Assembly (NCBI RefSeq): GCF_006345805.1
Contig: NC_043009.1
Location: 65,596,001 to 65,660,000 of the forward strand
DNA: 64,000 bases
Reading direction: 5' to 3'
DNA from: Octopus sinensis
Taxonomy: Eukaryota
Part shown: positions 54,297-64,000 of the stretch, piece by piece
Numbering within the stretch: position 1 is the first letter of the stretch
Layout: the number at the start of each line of letters is the position of its first letter
Translations under genes and position numbers: made by a program
Notes under the pieces: generated by a model
Told to the model about the DNA's origin: nothing
Database searches by the model: none
Seen by the model: only the letters and a program-made list of their open reading frames with translations

Positions 54297-56317
54297 GCAT
54301 ACATATCTTCTGTGCGAGTTTGCGCGTGCATACGTGTTTATATATATGATTATGCATATATATGTGTGTGTGTATGTCTGTGTGTGTGCGCGCGTGTGTG
54401 TTTTGTGCATAAGATACCATAGGGGATTGTTTGTATGCAATGTGTAATAAAGGAAAAAGCGCAATATGCGAAATCAAGTGAGTTTAAGAACATAGTCGAC
54501 TAAGATCATCCCGGCTATTACAGTTTAAAGCTTTCTATAAAAGTGTTTCAATCTAAAAACCGTAAACAAAAGAGATCGTTCTCATATAATCAATTGAAAA
54601 TAGATTTACTGCTCCAGCATTGCTGCAGTCAAATGACCGAAACAGGTAAAGGAGATAATGCTGTATAAGAGTGAACTTCTTTGTCGAACTTGGTGACTAT
54701 CAACGAAGCATGTTCGCACTTGCCGTTGACTCCTCTCAACTCATCGGATTATGTGTGAGAAAAGATTGAAGTGACGTCCGTTGATGATGTGTTTCAATGT
54801 TTGATAGGGGAAAATATTTCAATTGCGTGTTCGATCTGTTGTATATAATATACGATAAACGCTCACATATGGAACTTAGCGAGTAGGAAGACATCAGTTG
54901 TTTGAAGTTATCTCTGCACTTAAAGGACCGAAGAGAAACTTTAGGGGTTTTCAAATGTAGAGAAAGCAATCAGGCGAGATGCAAATTTTGGGGGAAATAT
55001 TAAAATACAGGAAGTTTTCTCTCTTATTTTCATTTTGATTCTACTAATTGCATCTGGAGCAGAAGGTAGTATTCGTGGCCATCGTCATTCCCCTGGGATT
55101 AGTGAGAGAGGGGTTAAGCTTTTGCTTAAAACTTCTACAAACTGACGCAACAAACGGTACTTGCTGCTGTTACAAACAACTTCAAACATCGGGAGGAAGC
55201 TGTGTATCTGTTTCTCGACCTGCTATAAACAGGAACCAAATATATCATAAGTCACAAATTGCTGTCTTGAAAAGAAAGAAAACGTTATTTAATGTGTTCC
55301 TACATACCGGTAAAATCCGAGATGGTCACGACTAGAATGCTTTTGATCACGCCTAGGATGGCTTTGATCTATCTACAGTCTAAGATGTAGCTGGACAGCA
55401 AAATGTACCGCCACTGCCCCCACCTCTGCTAGTGTCATTACACCGATTCAGGGCAACGAGGCGACCATAATTCTTTGAATACCGTCTTAGAAAGGAAGGA
55501 CATCTCGGGAAAAATACTCTTGTTTTACTGTGTATAAAAACACAGAATAGTTTGGGCGACCAAGTGATACAACAACAACAACAACTAGCCATTATAAAAC
55601 AATAACAAGGGCAACGGAAATACGTCAACCACAGCGGCAACCATAGCAATCACATCTACAACAATAAGAGAAACAACTTGGACAACAGAACCAAAAACAG
55701 AGCAGAATGCTAATAACAACAATTTAACAGTCATCATAGACTCTTATCACAGTGCTTCTTGCTTTGGCTGTTGTTGTTGTTGTTGTTGTTGGTATCTTCT
55801 ATGGCAGTTCATGTGTCCCTGACGATGGCTGTCAACGTAAAGTCTCACACCCGACTCTCATTCACGTTTCCAGAAATTTCCAGCCGATCCACTAGAAACG
55901 AGTAACAACGAAAATGCGAGGCAACCATATTTACATGCATACGGCCACATACATACATACATACATACATACATACATACATACATACGTACATACATAA
56001 ATACATACATACACACATTGATACACATATATGCACACATTTATACACACACACACAAACATATATATATATATATATAATTATATTTCTATGTACATAC
56101 GTATTTACATTCATCCATAGAAATATCTATCCATCCGGCTAACTAATTCACCCATCCACACACGTATACATACATATATTCATATGCATGCTGTTACATA
56201 TATATATGTTTATATACACACACAAGCTTACACGTACATTCACGCACGAGTATATGCATGCATATCACACACACACACACATATATATGGATAAAACATG
56301 ATATATACATATACACA

Positions 56318-56360
<43 letters not shown>

Positions 56361-57110
56361 TTTCTCTCTCTCTCTCTTTCAAACAAAAGACACGTATAAA
56401 AACACGCCGTTCTGCTGCAACGCCTCGAAACAGTCTCTCTGTCAACGCCATCAAAATTATCGTCACCGCGAACACCATTGCTGCTGCCGCTATCGGCACC
56501 AGCAACATCAACAACGACGACGCCATCACTGGCACCAACAAAGCCAACACCATCATCATCACCATCACCATCATCATTATCATCACACTGGACTATAAGA
56601 GCGCCAATACAACAGTCACCACCCTCCTAGCCAGACACACCACCACGAACGCTGGTACCGTCAACGTCTACCTCGCATCATCCGCAAAGTCATAGGAATT
56701 CCAATTTGACACCAGACAGGCTGGCAGAGTTTGTCAAGCTGTTTTGCAGGCGTCTGAATCCGTCCAGTGTGGTGTGAAAAGGTTCCTCGGTCGCTGGTGC
56801 AGCTCTATTCAACGGTATTGTCCTTCTCCGAATTCTGCACGTCCGGCCACCTTTATCTAGCTGGATATAACATGGCGTCGCAAATTCAGCTCAACACACA
56901 GCTCAACACACGCAAACATACTCACACACACACACTCACACACGTGGACACATAGATTGCCTTGCACGAACACAAGTACGTAGATTATATGTGCATTTTG
57001 TATGTGTGTGTATTATATATATTATATATGTATATATATATATATATATATATACTATATTATGTATATTTATATATGTATGTATGTATGTATATATATA
57101 TATATATATA

Positions 57111-57480
57111 GGCGCAGGAGTGGCTGTGTGGTAAGTAGCTTGCTAACCAACACACGGTTGCGGGTTCAGTCACTGCGTGGCATCTTGGGCAAGTGTCTTC
57201 TGCTATAGCCGGGGCCGACCAATGCCTTGTGAGAGTGGATTGGTAGACGGAAACTGAAAGAAGCCTGTCGTATATGTATATATGTATATGTGTGTGTGTT
57301 TGTGTGTCTGTGTTTGTCCCCCTAGCATTGCTGACAACCGATGCTGGTGTGTTTAGGTCCCCGTCACTTAGCGGTTCGGCAAAAGAGACCGATAGAATAA
57401 GTACTAAAAGGTGGTGCTCCAGCATGGCCGCAGTCAAATGACTGAAACAAGTGTAAAGAGTAAAGAGAGGTAAAAGAGTA
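57111..57480 (+). mobile_element. SINE group A, full length with small deletions
   Basis: Complete unit immediately after (TA)n. Confidence 0.92.
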
Positions 57481-58081
57481 TATATATGCACACACACATA
57501 TATTTACATACATATAGATAGATATCTGAATACATACATTTATATCATATATATATATATATATGTCTGTCTGTGTGAGAGTGTGTTTGTGTGTATTTGT
57601 GTGTGTTTGTGTGTGTATGAATTCTTACAAGGAAAATATTGACAACGGGTTCGAATTCTCGACATGCTCGGCTTCACCAGACTGATGTCAGGCCTTGTGT
57701 AACTTGATAAATGTGTACTCTACTAAACAAGTACGTCGAACATCAGTGCGTGGTACGAAGTATTCTGTATCCTTGGGTTGACCAATGGTTTCTAAGTGAA
57801 ATTTGTTTGACGCAAACCAGGCCATTGTACGTCACCTATATGAGTGTGTATTAAGGAATGACTCGGTGTCCATGGTGACGTTCACGATTACACTGCTTAA
57901 GGAGCGCCGCTGATGCTTCTTATGCGTAACTTAGACGCTGGGAAAGTAGTTAAAGTGTAATACCAAATTGTATGATAAACACTGGATCTGATAATTTGTC
58001 ATTAAAACCCCGGAGGCGTTGCCCCAGGATTTCTGCAGCCCAGAACCAGAATGAGGAAAGACTATGTCAGTATGTATATAT

Positions 58082-58172
<91 letters not shown>

Positions 58173-58188
58173 AATATATATATAGTAT

Positions 58189-58499
58189 ATCACCGTAACC
58201 ACCGTGACCGACCAGGCTATCAGATGTTGCTATACATCGCTGGACACAATGCGCTTCGCATTGTTTTAGCCATCAAATGACGCCACCCCGCTGGCTAAGC
58301 GAGCAGGCCAGTAGAAAAAAGAGTGAGAGACAGTTGTGGCGAAAGAGTACAGCAGGGATCACCACCATCCCCTGCCGGAGCCTCGTGGAGCTTTAGGTGT
58401 TTTAGCTCAATAAACACTCACAACGCCCGGTCTGGGAATCGAAACCGCGATCCTACGACCACGAGTCCGCTGCCCTAACCACTGGGCCATTGCGCCTCC
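58189..58499 (-). mobile_element. SINE group C with an alternative tail
   Basis: Same ~140-bp head as 33945, then CTGCTGTACTCTTTCGCCAC...CGCTTAGCCAGCGGGGTGGCG...GTCACGGTGGTTACGGTGAT. Confidence 0.88.
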
Positions 58500-58710
58500 A
58501 CACACACACCACACACACCACACACACATATATATATGTATGTATATATGTATATATATTATATATATATATAATATGTAATATTATATTATATATATAT
58601 ATACATACATACATATATACACACATATTTATGTATGTATTGTATGTATATCTATATATGTATCTATACATATGAATACATATATATATATACACTATAT
58701 ATATATACAT

Positions 58711-58752
<42 letters not shown>

Positions 58753-59127
58753 CACTCCCACTGCTAAGCTAAGTTGGCAGTGGCTGGTAACAATGTCCAA
58801 TCTTAAGATCCTTCGAACGATATCGAAATATCATAGAGCAATCGACAAATAACTTCCACTGTCGCAAATCGCTGGGGACTCTTGCTATGAACTGGCGCCA
58901 AAGTTATATGAACGCCTCTTCTACTCCTCAGGGATATCATTAGCCGAAGTTGTGCGTTGAGGGCAAAAGAAGGAACTTTTTCATTTACTACCACCATTAC
59001 TACTACTAATACTAATACTAATATTAATAATGATAATAGTAATCATAATAATATCATTATTATTATTAGTAGTAGTAGTAGTATTAGTTGTTGTTGTAGT
59101 AGTAGTAGTAGCAGCAGCCGCAGTAGC

Positions 59128-59175
<48 letters not shown>

Positions 59176-59204
59176 TGGTGTTGTATGATGATGATGATGA
59201 GGAG

Positions 59205-59598
59205 GATAAAAACTCAGCTTATTTTGCTGGCTATGATGGAAAGTGTCAGCTGTCCACAGCCAGCAGATTATGGTGACACTTGATTACTAGTGATCCTTCA
59301 AGAACCCTGCAAAGAATTCTTCCAGCTCCAGGCAATAATGATTTTTGTAGGTGTTCTATGTTTACATTTGTCCCAGTTTTTTTTTTTCAGCCATGTTGGT
59401 AGTTGAGTGCCGATACTTCCAGGTACGCCAATTACTATTGGTACCACGTTTACTCTCTCTATTGACGACAACCTTCTTATCTTCCACTCCAAATCGTCAT
59501 AGTTGGTCAGTCCCTATTCTTCTCTTTCTTTGACAGGACATGCTACGTTGATTATCATGCATGTCCTTTCTTTTTTTCACCTCAACAATGTCCTGGTG
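59205..59598 (-). mobile_element. 3' fragment of an R4-clade (RLE) non-LTR retrotransposon
   Basis: Minus strand reads DIVEVKKK/RTCMIINVACP...YDDLEWKIRRL...VNVVPIVIGVPGS...EHLQKSLLPGAGRILCRVLE, the restriction-like endonuclease C-terminus. Confidence 0.8.
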
Positions 59599-59621
59599 TT
59601 GTTGTTGTTGTTGTTGTTGTA

Positions 59622-59655
<34 letters not shown>

Positions 59656-59657
<2 letters not shown>

Positions 59658-60006
59658 GAGTGAGAGAGCAGTTCATGCCATCAAAGTGACACTGGGGTAA
59701 AATATACGAAGCCAATATACCCATCATGACTACCCGTCTGATAAAGGTACACCAGGCACATGCATCACAACCATATGTGCGCGACATGGTGATCTCATAT
59801 CAAGATAAACAGCACATGACCTTGCAGGTGGGGCCCAGTTAGAATTTTCTTCAGGTTGAGTAGCCCATCCTGCTCAAAAGGTCCCTGAATAAGAGTTGCC
59901 TTAGGATGTTGAACGAAACACCTATGTTTCCAGAGGTGAATTATTCAAACCCCAAAGAATCCCTCTCAACACATGGCCATGATGCTCCCCCACTACTTCT
60001 GCTCGT
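59656..60006 (-). mobile_element. ~560-bp (TAA)n-embedded element, 5'-truncated copy 3
   Basis: Same 3' end as copies 1 and 2. Begins mid-element at ACGAGCAGAAGTAGTGG, directly after a TAA tract. Confidence 0.82.
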
Positions 60007-60024
60007 TTATTATTATTATTATTA

Positions 60025-60082
<58 letters not shown>

Positions 60083-60092
60083 TATTATTATT

Positions 60093-60765
60093 CAGTAGTC
60101 TTATTTTCATCACATACTTTCACTGCACCATCAAGTGCAGCTCTGTGTGCCTTGGATATGTGCTGTAGTTTGTTGTGATGCTCTTATTTTTTACTGTATT
60201 GAAAGTGTTTTACGTAGGAAGTGCGCGGTGCCTAGTAGTGCTATTTTTTTGTATGTTATATATATTTGTTAGTCCTGGTGTTTTCGTTATGTACTTTTTA
60301 TCACGCCAATGCGCCTACCATGATAGGAATTGTTTTTGTTGTTAGACTCCATATTCGAGTTACCTGTATTTCCATGTCTTTGCATTTTGAAATTTTTTTC
60401 GTTTCTTTTAGAAAAACATTGTCATCTATAGTTATTGATACATCGATTAGAAAGCATTTTTTATTCTTGATGATCTCTGACAACTATATCCGGCCTATTG
60501 GCCATAATTTCTCTATCTCTGTGTATTGGCATATCTCACAGCATGGTTGCTTTATCACTTTCTGTGACCTTTTCTGGCGTGTGCCTATACCATCATTTTT
60601 CTGTTGTTATTCCGTTGTGTTTGGATAGCCTCCAGTGTACACAGGTCCCAATTCTGTCGTGTCTGTGAATATACTCCTTCTTAGCCAGGACTAGGCAGCC
60701 AGAGACAATGTGGTTTATTGTTTCTTGTCCACCTCCACATATTCTGCAGTTACTTGTTATGTAAG
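60093..60765 (-). mobile_element. 3' fragment of a Dong/R4-clade retrotransposon (CCHC plus RLE) ending in (TAA)n
   Basis: Minus strand reads CRICGGGQETINHIVSGC..LAKKEYIHRHD (CCHC), ANRPDIVVRDH, CFLIDVSI, KETKKISK, TIPIMVGALA and IQKIALLGTAHFLRKTL, then a ~100-bp 3' UTR and a TAA tract. Confidence 0.88.
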
Positions 60766-61110
60766 GCGAAGTACCTGGCTGGGACGAATGACAAAGTTGG
60801 CCTCGACAGCATTTGAATGCAGAACATGAAAAGCCGGAACAAAGTTTGACACCCTCAATGGCTTCAAATTCAAGCAGAAAGGGAACAATTTTGAGGGAAG
60901 GATTTTGTCAATGAATGAGACAAAAAATCAATGATATTTCAAGGAATTTGAAAGGGATGATGTGCCACAATCTGATCTTAAGACCTAGTTCTGTACCTAC
61001 GTTCTATGACTGAATACAGCCTCCATGAAAAGTTTTACCCAGCAGCAGAAAGTTTCTTTTCGGATCCCCTTTTTTGTGAATGCTACTCTCCAACATAAAC
61101 AAATATTTTA

Positions 61111-61359
61111 TGTGTTGTTGTTTGTTCCTTCTCGAGCCATGCCTGGTTCATAAAGGCTGGTTTCCCACCTGGATTGGACGCTGGTCCGTCGCAGGTGAGC
61201 TGCAAGATGCAGGAGGAAAGAGTGAGAGAAAGATGTGGTGAAAGAGTCAGCAGAAGTTCACTATTATCTTCTTCAGGAGATGCGTGGAGCTTAGGTGTTT
61301 TCACTCATAAACACACACGTCACCTGGTCTGAGATCCGAACCCGTGATCTCTCGACCGC
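61111..61359 (-). mobile_element. SINE group C relative, mosaic tail, 5'-truncated and diverged
   Basis: AAAACACCTAAGCTCCACG core plus CTGCTGACTCTTTCACCAC block plus TGCGACGGACCAGCGTCC block. Confidence 0.7.
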
Positions 61360-61799
61360 CAATATAAACGAATTCATGACCATATGCATCCTAGAGTTTA
61401 CAGAGACTCTAAGACTCTGTATGGATGTGTATCTGCTGATGTGTGTTTCATATGCGTATGTTTGTGAACGTCTGTCTGACTATGCATGTTCTATATGTGC
61501 ACGTTTGTGTATGTATGTATGTGGACATATATGAGTGCTTGAGTGTATGCACGTCATTGAACACTTTTAGTATTGTTTATATGTGTGCGAGTGAATGTGT
61601 GTGTGCCTGTATGTATGCGCGTGTCTGTGAATGAAGGAGGAGGAGACAATCATAAATAGAGAAAACAGAAAAGAAAAAAACGATAAACAAACTGAAAGAA
61701 AAAATTCAAGAAAAACAAAAAGCTTTCCTTTATACGCGCACACATATACGTACATATATACACACATATACACACATGCACACTCGTACATGCGTATAC

Positions 61800-62256
<457 letters not shown>

Positions 62257-62295
62257 ACTGTTACTGTCAAACGTGTCCCCTTATCCTTTTCCGTA

Positions 62296-62628
62296 TACTA
62301 ACACTGTATATTAGAAATTCCTTCCTTCATTTGCTTTTGCAGGTCGACGGACAACCCCTGCTGACTTGTTTGACAAGCTTGGTTTGGAATTTTCATGGGA
62401 GAATACAGAGATGAATCCCCGATGCCATAGTTTCTCTTTTCATTGTTTATTTTATTTTTTTGTTTTTTACGTGACCCCTTTTCTCTTTGTCTCCTTCAGT
62501 CAAAACCGAGAAATTTGCAGAGAAACTGTGTCTGAGAAAAACTGGAACATTTCTCCATACTTGTCCGGCGTTTGGCGACAGAATGACTAGCGAAGATGAA
62601 ACCGGTGGAAATTGAATTAAGTCCTACG
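62296..62628 (+). other. Two candidate 3' splice sites and possible short exons of an unidentified transcript
   Basis: TACTAAC (62296-62302), a pyrimidine tract and GCAG|G at 62342/3. A second tract with TTCAG|T at 62499/500. Possible donor ACG|GTAACA at 62628/9. Confidence 0.3.
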
Positions 62629-62997
62629 GTAACAGGAACAAACATCGTAACGCATTCTATTCCAACCGATGCTCCACCGATCTGCCAGAATCCCCTCGTT
62701 AAACTAGAAAACATTGTCTTCAGAATGTTAAGTTCATCTTTATGTTTTGTTATCATCTTATGAATTGTTAAGCACTGGAGAACGGGAAATACATATAAGA
62801 GTTTGTATTGTTTGGAACGATGATTAAATCTTCTTCAAACGAAACCTTGTCGTTTTAAATAAGTTAAAGTCTACTGTATAGCCATGGCTGGGATGTCTTC
62901 AATCGTAAATCGATGTGTAGCTGGTGCAGGACTAAACAATAACAAAACCCGTGTTTATTATCTATATTTATTATTTTTATTTATCTATCTATCATAT

Positions 62998-63626
62998 TCC
63001 TTTCCTTTCTACTATGGGCACTAGACCTGAAATTTTGTGGGAGAGGCTCTAATTGATTACATCGACCCCGGTGCGTAACTAGTACTTAATTTATCGACCT
63101 GAAAGGATGGAAGGCAAAGTCGACCTCCGCGGAATTTGAACTCAGAACATGAATACAGGCGAAATACCTATTTCTTTACTAGCCACAAGGGGCTAAACAC
63201 AGAGAGGACAAGTAAGGACAGACAAACGGATTAAGTCGATTATATCGACCCCAGTGCGTAACTGGTACTTATTTAATCGACCTCGAAATTATGAAAGGCA
63301 AAATCAACCTCGGCGGAATTTGAACTCAGAATGTAAAGACGGACAAAATGCCGCTAAGCATTTTGCCCGGCGCGCTAGCGACTCTGCAAGCTCGACACCT
63401 TAAATACGCTTATATAATAATTCAAAATTTTGGCGCAAGGCCAGCAATTATTAGGGGGGGGTAAGTCGATTACATCGACCAGTGTATTCAACTGGTACTT
63501 ACCTTATCGACGCCGGAAAGATGATAGCCAAAGCTGGCGGAATCTGGACTCAGGACTCGAAAACGGACGGAATGCCACGAAGGTTTTTGCCCGACGTGCT
63601 AGCAATAGTGCCAGTTCACCGCCTTA
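62998..63626 (-). mobile_element. SINE B dimer (62998-63402) plus a third diverged copy (63425-63626)
   Basis: A full monomer with tail 2 is fused at ~63170 to a headless monomer with tail 1. Confidence 0.85.
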
Positions 63627-64000
63627 ACTCCACTTCTATATTAAGACGATATAACTTGGTTTATATCCTAAAATATTATCAAGTGCCATGCTTCTGTTTA
63701 TATCATACAGTGATGATATCACTATGTTCATTACTAAAAGATCATAACTATATTTGTATATTAAGATATACCAATTAGGTGTATCTGCTATCATAAATAA
63801 CTAATTAAACTATCTTCTTCATGTTTGTCTACATATTTGGGGATCTCCTGTCCGCTTCACTCAGACATCATCTACAATTACAAAAGACGTCAGTGTTTCC
63901 ATCATCGACACCTTTGCCAGCCACATTCAGACACACCCAGCCACACCCAATTTCAGCATCTAACTGGCATCGACTATAATTACCGTAATCGCAACGGCGG

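Noticed and set aside
56820-56860. SMAD MH1-like RWPDVQ on the minus strand
   Set aside because: Bounded by stops within ~17 codons, with no other MH1 motifs and poor splice sites.

Overview
AT-rich eukaryotic window dominated by repeats. It is most likely from an octopus (coleoid cephalopod) assembly, inferred from the SINE families and the microsatellite load. I find no intact protein-coding gene, rRNA, genuine tRNA or CRISPR array; almost all ORFs in the track are by-products of microsatellites or a satellite. Contents: (1) an ~8.2 kb array of a 34-bp monomer (8045-16232) with nested higher-order duplications, whose monomer matches an internal 34-bp segment of the commonest local SINE at 27/34 with no gaps; (2) decayed PIM/CAMK-like kinase sequence on both flanks of that array; (3) three tRNA-headed SINE groups, labelled A, B and C here and resembling the octopus OR/OK SINEs; (4) Penelope-like relics and two terminal-repeat families carrying minimal hammerhead-ribozyme-like motifs, one with an apparent U3-A8 core covariation; (5) Tx1/L1-clade, R4/Dong-clade, Tc1/mariner and Helitron relics, plus a ~560-bp non-tRNA element found only inside (TAA)n tracts; (6) many compound microsatellites. 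A 100-N gap at 37808-37907 means contiguity across it is unproven. All alignments and translations were done by eye, and no database search was run.
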